From the IMG/VR virus record IMGVR_UViG_3300044653_000122: DNA of 64,000 nucleotides; one strand, written 5' to 3'. Numbering within the stretch: the first letter of the stretch is position 1; every line of letters begins with the position of its first letter. Made by a program: the position numbers and the translations under genes. This document shows positions 10,136 to 19,468 of the stretch, one piece after another. Below the pieces are notes generated by a model that was not told where the DNA came from, searched no databases, and saw only the letters and a list, made by a program, of their open reading frames with translations. Origin of the DNA: an uncultured virus (IMG/VR IMGVR_UViG_3300044653_000122) (taxonomy: Duplodnaviria > Heunggongvirae > Uroviricota > Caudoviricetes).

Positions 10136-10792
10136 CTAGCTGCGGTCGTATGAATAAGCGACCACCGGCGGGGCGACGATCGGGCCGCCTGGATGGACGG
10201 TCTTGAACCGGCCCTCCACAACGTTCCAATCAACGTAACCCATGACCCTGCTCAAATAGGAACCCTTGTCGGTCCCGAAGTCCATCCAGTATGCGTGCTC
10301 GTATGTATCAATGACGAGCAACGGGCAGTACCCATAGACGGCGCCGAGGTCGTGGGCGTCCAGAGCAAAGATGCGGAGATCCGACACGTCGTTGTAGGCC
10401 ACAGCCAGGACAACCCAGCCTCGCGCCTCAAGCCCGGCCGCTACGAACTCCTTGCGGAAAGCTTCTTGCGACCCCCATCGAATCTCGCAGGCCTTGTCGA
10501 TGCCAAGAAGGATGAGCGGACGGATCGTGAGCCGGGTCAGGTTCTCGAAGTATAGCTCGTGGAGATGCGCCCCTGCGAGGGCAAAGCCTTGGCCCCAGAG
10601 AAGTCCGCTATAGGGCGACTCGTACTGGCTCTTGGTCGGCCGGGGCGCCGTCAGGAGCCCCTGGCCCACCCGCTGGACCTGCTCTCGGTACCCGAGGTAG
10701 AGCTTGTAGTGCTCAGCCAGCTCCCGCGCCGAGACGGCGCCGGGTAGCTCCTGGTAGGGCAGAACAACGGGCTGGGAAGCTAGAAGACCCAT
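10136..10792 (-). CDS. Fe/Mn superoxide dismutase family protein
   Basis: EHYKLY, HELYFENL, GWVVL, PLLVIDTYEHAY. Confidence 0.85.
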   Translation of the reverse strand: MGLLASQPVVLPYQELPGAVSARELAEHYKLYLGYREQVQRVGQGLLTAPRPTKSQYESPYSGLLWGQGFALAGAHLHELYFENLTRLTIRPLILLGIDKACEIRWGSQEAFRKEFVAAGLEARGWVVLAVAYNDVSDLRIFALDAHDLGAVYGYCPLLVIDTYEHAYWMDFGTDKGSYLSRVMGYVDWNVVEGRFKTVHPGGPIVAPPVVAYSYDRS

Positions 10793-10853
10793 CCCCCTAG
10801 CGGGGCCATCGAAGGACTACAGATGAGTGATCCTACCATCGTCCACAGGGACG

Positions 10854-11174
10854 CTACAGCGGAGGTCGCCGGATCAGCTCCCAGACGCTCGGGCCGATCA
10901 CTGGCTTTGGGCTGCGGTCCTTGGTGATGGTCCTCGATCCGTCTCCGTTGATCTTCACCAGTCGGATGGCGTGGAACTCGACAGCCTTGGGAAGCTGTAA
11001 CGCTGACGGAACCTCGACCACCAAACCCTGTTCCCAGGAAAACAGAGCAGCGGGGTAAAGTCTTGAGAGGAGCAGGAGGCGGCCCTCCCTCTGCTTTGAG
11101 GTCATGGAGGACCCGAGAAGAGCGACGATGGCCGTTGCCTTCTGTGCTTTCTCTGCGAGCAGGGGCGGGGGCAT
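10854..11174 (-). CDS. hypothetical protein
   Basis: ATG 11 nt after GGTGTA motif. Confidence 0.55.
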   Translation of the reverse strand: MPPPLLAEKAQKATAIVALLGSSMTSKQREGRLLLLSRLYPAALFSWEQGLVVEVPSALQLPKAVEFHAIRLVKINGDGSRTITKDRSPKPVIGPSVWELIRRPPL

Positions 11175-11206
11175 GTGCCCTTAATTACACCGACCAACTC
11201 GACCAG

Positions 11207-11749
11207 CTACTTCTTCGTTTCGGGAAGACGAGCGAGGATCTCTCCAAGCATCTCCTTGAGAGCTGGGACGGACTGGACGGCCTCCTTGACCTCTCGCATG
11301 TCATCTTTGAGCGTCTGGACATCCCTGCGAACCTCGTTCAACACTTTGTGTTGAGTCGCCAACTCGTCATCCACCTTGTGGGTATGCTTGCTGTTGATCT
11401 CGACCTTGGTCGTGAGCAGAGCGATTTGCTGTGTGCGTAGTTCTACCGATTTGACGATCTCATGAACGTCAGCAGCCATCTTGATGCCACCCTCAATGGC
11501 GGCTTCGGCGTACTCGCATGTGGCAATAAGCCCCGCATGGACCCGCTCCAATGTGATGGGCTCTCCACGATCCTTCCACGATGTAAGGGGATCTGTGGAG
11601 GGTGGCATGTCGTCATCCATGCCGGGGGCAGGATCGGTCGGTCGGACAGCGTACATTTCCCGCTCCGAGGCGGTACGATTGACGATTCGTTGCTCGATGT
11701 TTTGAAGAGGGGTGGATGGGCGCTCGCCGTTACCGTTGTGTTCACTCAT
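11207..11749 (-). CDS. coiled-coil hypothetical protein
   Basis: heptad-rich C-terminus; start placed downstream of tRNA-Pro. Confidence 0.6.
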   Translation of the reverse strand: MSEHNGNGERPSTPLQNIEQRIVNRTASEREMYAVRPTDPAPGMDDDMPPSTDPLTSWKDRGEPITLERVHAGLIATCEYAEAAIEGGIKMAADVHEIVKSVELRTQQIALLTTKVEINSKHTHKVDDELATQHKVLNEVRRDVQTLKDDMREVKEAVQSVPALKEMLGEILARLPETKK

Positions 11750-11796
11750 CTCAACAATGACGGCGCACAAATAGCCTTGTAGATGAGCTACTACGG

Positions 11797-11871
11797 TCGG
11801 GACGGCCGGATTCGAACCGGCAACCTTCTGTCCCCCAGACAGACGCGCTAACCAGATTGCGCTACGCCCCG
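11797..11871 (-). tRNA. tRNA-Pro(GGG)
   Basis: TCTGT-CTGGGGG-ACAGA. Confidence 0.92.
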
Positions 11872-11904
11872 TAGACCTCCCGTTCAGAGTCGGGAGCACA
11901 CTCT

Positions 11905-12696
11905 TCAGTTCAAGGTGCGTGGAACAGGGAGCCCGTCCCACGTCTTACCATCCAAGATGCGGCCCGCCTGCTTCTTGCCGAGCTTGATCCCATCGGGACC
12001 GAACTCGCCGAACTGCTTGAAGTTGACCGGGATGCCAGCCCTGTCGGCCTGGTCACGCAAGCTGCGGAACCAATCCGTGTTGCTAGGCCGTGCGCCGATG
12101 CCGGACTCACCTCCAAGGATGACCCAGTCGATGTCTTTGAGGTAGGGCCCCAAGTCCACACCACCGAGGAGCGGCTCCATCGAGAGGAACCTGACAACGG
12201 CTGAGGCACCATATCTCGCGAGGAGCGGGATACGGATGTCCGCGTACTTTTGGTTCTCGACCGTGGCACCCAGCCAGATGTTACCAGGCCAAGTGGTCCT
12301 GTCGGGCCACATGAGGCTGAGCAGCTCCCCCAAGTTTTCCGGCCTCTTCGTGAGGAAGAGCCAGTCGAGATTGGGGGTCTTGTCGACGAGCTGTGCGAGC
12401 TTGGCCTTCCAGACCTTGAGGTCGTCTCTGGATTCGCCAACATCTGCCATGCTGGCGCAGAAGACACGCGCCCTCACCCCCTCAGCCTTCGCATCCCTAT
12501 CCCACTTGAGGGGTTCATTCCAGTGTTTGTCGCCAAAAAACCTCCTGGGCGACTTCACCCCCCAGATGGGGAGCTTCTGGCGCACCGTTGCAAAGGTCTC
12601 GGCGTAGCAGTTTTCACATGCCGGGCTCACCCTCGCACACCCCCACCAGGGGTTGAAAGTATGGGTGGTCCAGGAAATGGTTGTGAATCTACCCAT
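11905..12696 (-). CDS. phage Gp37/Gp68 (DUF5131) family protein
   Basis: [50 protein letters not shown]. Confidence 0.9.
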   Translation of the reverse strand: MGRFTTISWTTHTFNPWWGCARVSPACENCYAETFATVRQKLPIWGVKSPRRFFGDKHWNEPLKWDRDAKAEGVRARVFCASMADVGESRDDLKVWKAKLAQLVDKTPNLDWLFLTKRPENLGELLSLMWPDRTTWPGNIWLGATVENQKYADIRIPLLARYGASAVVRFLSMEPLLGGVDLGPYLKDIDWVILGGESGIGARPSNTDWFRSLRDQADRAGIPVNFKQFGEFGPDGIKLGKKQAGRILDGKTWDGLPVPRTLN

Positions 12697-13126
12697 GATT
12701 GCGCTCCAAATATTCGGCGGCCGACCTCAAAAGATTGGGATTATCCCCAAGAAGCCCCATACCCACATTACACGAGTTACAGAGCACCCCACGCACCCGC
12801 CCTGTTGCATGATCGTGATCCACGACGAGTTTTTTTGGCTCGCGTTGACACAGTTCACATCGACCCCCGCTGCGAATTAGAAGGGCCCGAAGAGCTTCCA
12901 GTGATAGGCCGTATCGACTAGCGGTGATCGCCAACGATACACAAGCCTTGCAACTCGCCGTACGCCCTTGAGAGCGGGATCGATCGACGGAGAACATGCT
13001 CAGAGGGTGCCAGCCTCGACAACGGAAACAATGTCGAAGACCTAACGACCGTCGGTGACGCCATTCCTCAAGCGAAAGTCCAGTCTTCTTTGCTGCTGAT
13101 TTTTCAACACTAAGGTAGCTGCCCAC
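12689..13126 (-). CDS. endonuclease VII domain protein
   Basis: [28 protein letters not shown]; start uncertain. Confidence 0.85.
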   Translation of the reverse strand: MGSYLSVEKSAAKKTGLSLEEWRHRRSLGLRHCFRCRGWHPLSMFSVDRSRSQGRTASCKACVSLAITASRYGLSLEALRALLIRSGGRCELCQREPKKLVVDHDHATGRVRGVLCNSCNVGMGLLGDNPNLLRSAAEYLERNHG

Positions 13127-13482
13127 ACCAGGGGCTACACCGAACTACCTGAAACCAGCGAATGTGGTCGCCGGTGTTGTCTCGGTTGGTTCCGGCACAG
13201 TCCCGGTTAGCCTCATCCTCCGCGTAGGCGATGATCTCCTCCAGGGTCCTACCTGTGAAGCCGTAGTTGAGAACGTTGCTGGTTTGCCAACGGACCAGCT
13301 CCCCGGGAGGCAGGACGGACGGCGTGCCCGCTCGGGGCTCCCCGTTCTCGAAAGCGATGGCTATGTGTAGCTGGCCCCTGGTCTCGACCGCCGGGGGAAC
13401 TCGGCATCGACGATGTAGAGGTCGCACCAACCGCACCGTAGGGCCTTGCGGCCCCACAGCTCGGTGTCGGTCCAGGCGTGCC

Positions 13483-13869
13483 TCACTTCAGCTCGACTAC
13501 GGCACCAGCCGCTTCGAGTTGTGACTTGAGCATCTCAGCGGAGGTCTTGTCGAGCCCTTCCTTGACGGGCTTGGGCAAACCACTCTCGACCAAGTCCTTC
13601 GCTTCTCTGAGGCCGAGACCGATCGCCGTCCGGACGGCCCTGATAACGTCGAACCTCTTCTCCCCAATGGCGACGAGCAAAACCGAAAACTCGGTCTGCT
13701 CTTGCTGTCGAGCAGATTGGACGGGTTCGACCTCAAGACTGTGGATTCCTGGCAGTGGAACGGGCTCCAACTTGATGCCCCACCTGTCTTCCAGCTCTCG
13801 CGTCAGGGAGATGAGCTGCATGACGCTCATCTGTCCGAGCGCTTGAACGATCTCTTCTTGCGTGGGCAT
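13483..13869 (-). CDS. rplL: 50S ribosomal protein L7/L12
   Basis: [36 protein letters not shown]. Confidence 0.93.
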   Translation of the reverse strand: MPTQEEIVQALGQMSVMQLISLTRELEDRWGIKLEPVPLPGIHSLEVEPVQSARQQEQTEFSVLLVAIGEKRFDVIRAVRTAIGLGLREAKDLVESGLPKPVKEGLDKTSAEMLKSQLEAAGAVVELK

Positions 13870-13882
13870 TGTGCGTCTCCTG

Positions 13883-13927
13883 CTTCGAAAAGAAAAAGGG
13901 CCCGGTGGTTTTACACCAGGCCCTTTT
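13883..13927 (-). terminator. intrinsic terminator
   Basis: AAAAGGGCCC..GGGCCCTTTTT hairpin followed by T-run. Confidence 0.7.
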
Positions 13928-13929
13928 GC

Positions 13930-14517
13930 TCAGCCCGTCGCCTCTGCGGGCACCCAGACCGAACCGGAGAGGTTCATGTACGGGAGCCAGAGCTTCGGGA
14001 CACGATCGAGCGGCCAGATCGGGACCGTCATCGGGAGAGTCTTCGGCCGGAACGGCTTCCGACGCAACTTCATCCCTGCCTGCTCCGGGGTCCTGCCGGC
14101 CTTACGGTCGTTACAGGGGTAGCAGGAGGTGACGATGTTCTCCCAGTCCGTCATCTGACGGACTGAACCCTTCCACTGAATCCGCGGGATCACGTGATCG
14201 TAGTTCAGATCCCTCATCGGGAGCTGACGCCCACAATACTGGCACGTGAAGTTGTCACGCGTGAAGACGTTCACGCGGGAGAACTTGACGCCCTTCTTGT
14301 AGTTGTTCACGCGGGTCGTCAGACGGGCCACGGCCGGGAGTTTGAACTCCATGCTGGGCGTCCTGATGACCTCGTCCCAGGATTCGAGCACGTCGATCTT
14401 CACGGGCTGCGTGTCACCCTTTTGGCGACCGTGCACGTAGAGGAAAGCGCTCTTTTCCCAGGGTACGATCCTGTGGACTGACATCCACGGTGTCAGAAGC
14501 AGTGTGTGGGTCTCCAT
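13930..14517 (-). CDS. HNH endonuclease
   Basis: RDNFTCQYCG, DHVIPR, WENIVTSCYPCNDRKA. Confidence 0.9.
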   Translation of the reverse strand: METHTLLLTPWMSVHRIVPWEKSAFLYVHGRQKGDTQPVKIDVLESWDEVIRTPSMEFKLPAVARLTTRVNNYKKGVKFSRVNVFTRDNFTCQYCGRQLPMRDLNYDHVIPRIQWKGSVRQMTDWENIVTSCYPCNDRKAGRTPEQAGMKLRRKPFRPKTLPMTVPIWPLDRVPKLWLPYMNLSGSVWVPAEATG

Positions 14518-14522
14518 GATGA

Positions 14523-14549
14523 CTATCGCCGCCTGCGTCTCCGCTTCAT
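14523..14549 (-). CDS. putative leader micro-ORF MKRRRRRR
   Basis: GGAG SD, ATG AAG CGG AGA CGC AGG CGG CGA TAG, ending 5 nt before the HNH start. Confidence 0.5.
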   Translation of the reverse strand: MKRRRRRR

Positions 14550-14595
14550 GGCGTCTCCAAGTGGTGGGTTAAGATGTTGCAGTGGGGTTACCTGT

Positions 14596-14672
14596 TGGTG
14601 CTCGCGGTGGGAGTCGAACCCACAACTTGTAGTTTTTGAAACTACCTCCTCTGCCAGTTGGGACACGCGAGC
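14596..14672 (-). tRNA. tRNA-Leu(CAA), short variable loop
   Basis: GTAGT-TTCAAAA-ACTAC, CCA. Confidence 0.85.
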
Positions 14673-14686
14673 AAGCTATTCAATAG

Positions 14687-14786
14687 TCCTGGGGATGGGG
14701 ATCGAACCCATATGCCTCCCGGCCACAGAGGCTCAGCGCGGGAGCACTGAGCCCGTGTGTGTGTCTTCCTGTTCCACCACCCCAGG
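14687..14786 (-). ncRNA. tRNA-like RNA with elongated anticodon arm
   Basis: acceptor CCTGGGG/CCCCAGG, Leu-like D arm, T arm, inserted GGCTCAG/CTGAGCC helix. Confidence 0.7.
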
Positions 14787-14787
14787 G

Positions 14788-14862
14788 TGTTCGCGGGGGG
14801 ATTCGAACCCCCATTCGACCGATTTTAAGGTGGTTGCCTTTTCCAATTTAGGCTACGCGAAC
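14788..14862 (-). tRNA. tRNA-Leu(TAA), short variable loop, weak anticodon stem
   Basis: loop CTTAAAA; two stem mismatches. Confidence 0.7.
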
Positions 14863-14876
14863 ATTGTCACCTTTTG

Positions 14877-14920
14877 GCCAAAAAACAAGGGAGCTAGCGA
14901 CTTTCGTCACCAGCTCCCTC
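14877..14920 (-). terminator. intrinsic terminator
   Basis: AGGGAGCT..AGCTCCCT followed by TGTTTTTT. Confidence 0.7.
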
Positions 14921-14989
14921 GGGGCCCGAACGGTTTCCCGATCTGCCTCCACCACTCCACAAACCCACACCAGCGTGGGCCGCGAAGAC

Positions 14990-15568
14990 TTACCGCGAGC
15001 GCATCTTGATGACTCGCGGAATCTTGTCGAGCGTGCCGAGGATGGCTTCGTTGGCCGCCCGCACCTCAGGGGTCAGGTTCTTCGACACCCGACGATAGAA
15101 CTCGCTCTTCAGCCAGTCGGCGTAGCTCATGTCGCCACGCGTCTTGTTGCACTTGCGGCACGCGGTCACGAGGTTCGCTTCGATCCAGGGCCCGCGCTCC
15201 TCCCAGCGGACCAGATGGTCCACCGTCAGCGGTACCTTGTCGTTGGCGCAGTACCGGCAGACGTACTTGTCGCGCCGGTAGACCGCCCACGAGACGGTGT
15301 TGTCCACCTCGCGGTTGGACTTGCGAAGGATGGCCTTCTGACCGCTGCCGTCGGGGTACGCCTCGACGGGGAGGGTGTCCGTCTGGTTGAGGAACTCCTT
15401 CCAGTCGTCGAGGGTCAGATCGAGCATCTCGACCGGAGCTTGCCTCGCATCGCCCTGGCCTTCGGGGAAGAGGACGCCGTAGACCTTTCCCTTGCCGGCG
15501 TACAGAGCGCCAACCATCGCGATCGAATGGCCTACGTCGAGCAAGTTGATGTCCTTCAGCGAACCCAT
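14990..15568 (-). CDS. HNH endonuclease domain protein
   Basis: RDKYVCRYC, TVDHL, NLVTACRKCNKTRG. Confidence 0.85.
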   Translation of the reverse strand: MGSLKDINLLDVGHSIAMVGALYAGKGKVYGVLFPEGQGDARQAPVEMLDLTLDDWKEFLNQTDTLPVEAYPDGSGQKAILRKSNREVDNTVSWAVYRRDKYVCRYCANDKVPLTVDHLVRWEERGPWIEANLVTACRKCNKTRGDMSYADWLKSEFYRRVSKNLTPEVRAANEAILGTLDKIPRVIKMRSR

Positions 15569-15674
15569 GTGATCCTCATCTTCATCTGGGGGTTGGTGCG
15601 AAGGCGAGGGGTGGGCCGTACAGCCCTCGCAGCCAGACTCCTGCATTGGTCGGCGCCTGAGCCTGTCTTCGCGG

Positions 15675-16014
15675 TGGAGATGCCGGGAATCGAACCCGGG
15701 TCCTAAGAGCATTCCGAACACCCTCATCCACATGCTTGGACGCCGTATCCCCGGCGACTGAGTTCGCGGATTCGGCCGCGACCTAGCCCTCCTGTTCCTC
15801 TCGTCGTAGAGCCCGGTGACCCAGCTCTACGACCAGCCCTGGTGGTTGACGACTCCTTCGCCGCTAGGACGACCCAGCGAGGAATCGGCTTTCAGGCCGC
15901 AGCCTGGAAAGCGTTGTCGTTGTCGTTGGCGACTATGACATACTCGGTTGAACGGGCCGAGCGCCGTTGCATGCGGGCAGTTCTTGTTTCTCCCAGTCGA
16001 AACCTGTCATCCCC
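15675..16014 (-). ncRNA. ssrA: tmRNA, tag peptide ANDNDNAFQAAA* (15892-15930)
   Basis: 5' GGGGATGAC..TTCGAC, 3' GGTTCGATTCCCGGCATCTCCA, G3:U70, resume context ATAGTC-GCC. Confidence 0.95.
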
Positions 16015-16048
16015 TTATTGTCAAACGGGCCGAAGTCCGGACCGTTAG

Positions 16049-16132
16049 TGCGAACGGAGGGATTTGAACCCTCACCCCCTTTCGGGGACAGGCACCTCAA
16101 GCCTGCGCGGCTGCCAATTACGCCACGTTCGC
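16049..16132 (-). tRNA. tRNA-Leu(GAG)
   Basis: CAGGC-TTGAGGT-GCCTG, long variable arm. Confidence 0.9.
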
Positions 16133-16184
16133 GAATTTTTCTTGCCAGACGAATAACCCGAAGATACCCGTCTGGCAAGTACCT

Positions 16185-16523
16185 TCACAGGATGAACCCG
16201 CACAAGTAGACGCGGGTGATGATCTTGTCGAGGACGGGCGGGAACTCCCCCTCCCGGCTGTAGTGGTCCTTCCACCGCTGCGCCCACTTCGAGCCGACAG
16301 GGTGCTCCTTGTCGAGGTGCTCCGCGTTCTGGCAGAGCGCGTTGTTGATGCAGTTCAGCGCCTTGTAGGACTCCGGGTCGTCCTCGTTGTTGATGTACTT
16401 GCCGTGAGCCTTCGTGAGCACCTTCAGGTCGCTCTCGTCGAGGGTGTTGTTGGGGATGACGACCAGCCGGGTGTTTTCCGGGATCTCCTCCCAAATGAGC
16501 AACGTGTACGTGGTATCGGGCAT
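16185..16523 (-). CDS. hypothetical protein
   Basis: GGAGG SD and GGTGTA motif upstream. Confidence 0.7.
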   Translation of the reverse strand: MPDTTYTLLIWEEIPENTRLVVIPNNTLDESDLKVLTKAHGKYINNEDDPESYKALNCINNALCQNAEHLDKEHPVGSKWAQRWKDHYSREGEFPPVLDKIITRVYLCGFIL

Positions 16524-16564
16524 CAGGAACCTCCGATCCCTAATACACCGTCAACTTGACCCGA

Positions 16565-16837
16565 TCAAACCTCATTCGCGATGCGTGCCAGGACATCCCC
16601 ATGGCACGCGAGAGGTTTGCACCAGCAGCCGAGCACCTTCCCCCTCAGCACGTCCTTCGCGAGCCGCACCATGTCGGGTCGAGCCTTGAACCATTCCTCG
16701 AACTTCGCGATGGCCTCCTCACGGGTAGCCACCTGGAACTGTGCTTTCGTCCCCACCTTGTGGGAGAATGGGTTTCCCCAAACCGAAGGCCTACCGATGT
16801 ATACATCGTAACAATCTTTCTTGCAGTGGACGACCAT
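16565..16837 (-). CDS. DUF4326 family protein
   Basis: VYIGRPSVWGNPF, LRGKVLGCWCKPLACHGDVL. Confidence 0.88.
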   Translation of the reverse strand: MVVHCKKDCYDVYIGRPSVWGNPFSHKVGTKAQFQVATREEAIAKFEEWFKARPDMVRLAKDVLRGKVLGCWCKPLACHGDVLARIANEV

Positions 16838-16839
16838 TC

Positions 16840-17073
16840 TCAGTTGGGGGCGACGGGGGTGCACCCGTCCTTGAGGGCCGTAACAAGGCCGGTCTTGGGA
16901 TCGATCACCAGGTCCACCTCGCGACACCGAACCGCGTGGGTACGGCAGGACGTGTCCCATCCAGAGTGAATCTTGTGGTCCCCGTTGCGATCCTTGCTGC
17001 GCCGTCCGCAGGCCGCGCAGACAAAAACCTCACCCGGGCCAGCTACCTGATTCGTAGGATCCAGAGCGATCAT
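16840..17073 (-). CDS. small Cys-containing hypothetical protein
   Basis: CAACG motif; GGTGTA upstream. Confidence 0.5.
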   Translation of the reverse strand: MIALDPTNQVAGPGEVFVCAACGRRSKDRNGDHKIHSGWDTSCRTHAVRCREVDLVIDPKTGLVTALKDGCTPVAPN

Positions 17074-17099
17074 GGTGAACATTGTACACCATCTACCCG

Positions 17100-17669
17100 T
17101 CAATCACCAATCGCTTCCCCCACCACGATCTGAAGCGCTTCAAGCGCCTTGATAGCTGCCGCGCACACCTGCCGATAAGCCTCGGGCAGAGTGTCGGCAT
17201 GGCACTCGATCTGGTGCTCGGGATCCATGAGGTCCGCATCAAAAAGATGGGCGTTGGCTTGGTCGATGGCATCTCGGAGCTTGGCCCATCTGTCGGGGGA
17301 CACCCAGCCCTGCGCCTGGGCTTCTGCTACCCAGCTCGGACTGCGGGGAGGGAGCCCCAACTCGGACCGCAGCTTGTCCTCGGTCTGCTCATCCTTTGCG
17401 ATAGCGACCAGCACATCCTGCACGACTCGACGAAGTGGGCCGCCATTGGCATCATCGAGCCAGCACTGGCCGGCGGCGTCAATTGTGTACCGGAAGGGAA
17501 CCTTCTGTCCCTCATGGAGAACTTCCCCGAACGACCGGAGGGGGATCGCTGGATACCCTGCACTGGTGTCGAACGTGTAGCCGACCCTCTGGACGACCTC
17601 GTGCCGCGCCAGGTTGGGGATGGGAACCGGAGACCCGGTGAGGTATGAGTGGACAGGTTGAAAACTCAT
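17100..17669 (-). CDS. hypothetical protein
   Basis: ORF directly after tRNA-Leu. Confidence 0.6.
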   Translation of the reverse strand: MSFQPVHSYLTGSPVPIPNLARHEVVQRVGYTFDTSAGYPAIPLRSFGEVLHEGQKVPFRYTIDAAGQCWLDDANGGPLRRVVQDVLVAIAKDEQTEDKLRSELGLPPRSPSWVAEAQAQGWVSPDRWAKLRDAIDQANAHLFDADLMDPEHQIECHADTLPEAYRQVCAAAIKALEALQIVVGEAIGD

Positions 17670-17680
17670 GTTTGCCTAAG

Positions 17681-17762
17681 TGCGCAGAGCGGGACTTGAA
17701 CCCGCACGGTGTTACCCATTCGCATCTGAAACGAACGCGTTTGCCAATTACGCCATCTGCGC
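17681..17762 (-). tRNA. tRNA-Leu(CAG)
   Basis: TTCGT-TTCAGAT-GCGAA, long variable arm. Confidence 0.88.
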
Positions 17763-17790
17763 AAACGAACGAGGAACAACAGGACAAGTA

Positions 17791-17963
17791 GGGCTTGTAG
17801 AGGCCAGGGCATTGGTTTTGGCTTACCCCTGGGTCGGTCTTCCCTACGGGGTACTTGACGCCTAAGTTCGCGCCCCAAACCTAATCTACAGGCGTTCCAG
17901 GCTATCTCTAACCTAACTTTTTTGGGTTCCTCGTTCAGCCGGAACTCACCTTGCGGCAAGCCC
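17791..17963 (-). ncRNA. candidate structured ncRNA
   Basis: terminal GGGCTTG/CAAGCCC helix enclosing several hairpins including a GAGA tetraloop. Confidence 0.45.
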
Positions 17964-17977
17964 CGGCTCTTGATCCC

Positions 17978-18493
17978 TCACTCGAAGAGAGAAGGATCCA
18001 AGTCCTCGATGTCGACCTCCTTGGTGTTGCCGACCGCGATGGCCGCCCGGAACGCCCCCGCCTGCTTGGCCTGCTGGGTCGCGAGCCTCATCGCCTCGAT
18101 CGTGCTGACCGTCGACTTCGCCACGATCGTCGTGGCGTCCCTGGTCGTCTCGGCGCGGTAGCCGTAGCGATCCTGCTTGGGGGCCGCTGCCGTCCGCCAG
18201 AACTTCTCGGCCCGTGCCGGTCCCCCGACGCGCTTGATGGCCTCTTCGAGGGTGATGACCTCACCCAGCACCTCAACCTTGACTGCCAGGTTATAGCGCT
18301 TCTGCGCCACCTGGAGCTTGGCGAGCGCCTTCTCCGCCCGGAGATACTCCTCCGCGAGCTTGTGCGGCGTGTCCTTCTCCTCGTCGGGGAACTTCATGAG
18401 GGTCCCGTTGAAGGCCCCCGCCGCCGTGTCGCTCCGAAGCTTCTGCATGGTGAGGCCCTCTTTGAGGACCGTTCCCGTGATCTTCATCTGCAT
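17978..18493 (-). CDS. helical hypothetical protein
   Basis: AGGAG SD, GGTGTA motif, strong codon bias. Confidence 0.75.
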   Translation of the reverse strand: MQMKITGTVLKEGLTMQKLRSDTAAGAFNGTLMKFPDEEKDTPHKLAEEYLRAEKALAKLQVAQKRYNLAVKVEVLGEVITLEEAIKRVGGPARAEKFWRTAAAPKQDRYGYRAETTRDATTIVAKSTVSTIEAMRLATQQAKQAGAFRAAIAVGNTKEVDIEDLDPSLFE

Positions 18494-18561
18494 CTCCTGT
18501 GAGTGTATACACCGATTCGGGGTCACTTCACGACGCGAAGATGCCCTCGATGCACCTTTTC

Positions 18562-18783
18562 TTACCTCTCCTCTTCCGGGTAGGGAAGAGAGGGCCTGGC
18601 AGCCTTCTCACGGCGCTCCTCATCAAGGAGGTTCGCCATCATGTGAGCCAGACGCTTGAGGGACGGGTCCAACCCGTTCAGGATCGCCCTGCGACCCTCT
18701 ACGTCCCGAGGATGGGCGCCCTTCATGATCTTGCGGTACCAGGCCTTCGCCGCGTTGATGGCGTTCAACTGGTTCGTCGTCAT
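18562..18783 (-). CDS. hypothetical protein
   Basis: ATG 11 nt after GGTGTA motif. Confidence 0.6.
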   Translation of the reverse strand: MTTNQLNAINAAKAWYRKIMKGAHPRDVEGRRAILNGLDPSLKRLAHMMANLLDEERREKAARPSLPYPEEER

Positions 18784-18858
18784 CCCTCAGGTACTACACC
18801 GAGAGGGTCTGGTTCGACGTAAGATTTGATCCGACACAGCCCTCGCTGTAGGAGCCCC

Positions 18859-19281
18859 ATGGACCCCCTTCTTGTCGTCTGCACCGCAATCGAAGAGGAG
18901 CTTATCGCGAGAGGTCTGGGTTTCTCGTGGGACCCTGGCATCGCAGCAGCTTCCGCCGAGGGCCTAACGTGTATTGGGGAGGGTCGTCATCGGATCGTCT
19001 ACAGACTGAACGACCAAAGCGTGATCAAGATCCCCAGAGGGGAGTGGGGTTTGGCCAGCAACAGTCGGGAGGCATCCATCAGCCAGACCACCGATGAAAA
19101 GGGCTGGCTCTTCGGCATCCGCTACGCAAAGTGCCATGAGAAGGGCCCCATCCTCGTAATGGAGTACGTCACACCCGTGCCATATACCAAAGCCATGCCA
19201 GCATGGGTCAACTTCGTTGACTGCCAGCAAGTGGGTTACGACCGTGAGGGGAACTTGAAGGCGTTCGACTTCGGGTATTAG
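18859..19281 (+). CDS. hypothetical protein, possibly kinase-fold-like
   Basis: IGEGRHRIVY..VIKIP..LVMEY..AFDFG pattern. Confidence 0.6.
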   Translation: MDPLLVVCTAIEEELIARGLGFSWDPGIAAASAEGLTCIGEGRHRIVYRLNDQSVIKIPRGEWGLASNSREASISQTTDEKGWLFGIRYAKCHEKGPILVMEYVTPVPYTKAMPAWVNFVDCQQVGYDREGNLKAFDFGY

Positions 19282-19362
19282 TGGGCCGCCGAGGAGTTGA
19301 ACCCCTACGCCGCCCGCTCATAAGACGGGTGCCGGCAGACCGTCCGACTTAGGCGACGGCCC
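19282..19362 (-). tRNA. tRNA-Ile(TAT), enlarged D arm
   Basis: CCCGT-CTTATGA-GCGGG. Confidence 0.7.
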
Positions 19363-19367
19363 GTTTG

Positions 19368-19441
19368 TGCTCATGAGAGGAGTTGAACCTCCAACCTTTC
19401 CCTTCTAAGGGGAACGCCTCTGCCAGTTGGGCTACATGAGC
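19368..19441 (-). tRNA. tRNA-Leu(TAG), short variable loop
   Basis: TTCCC-CTTAGAA-GGGAA. Confidence 0.85.
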
Positions 19442-19468
19442 GTACTTTTACTTGTGCCACATAAGGGC

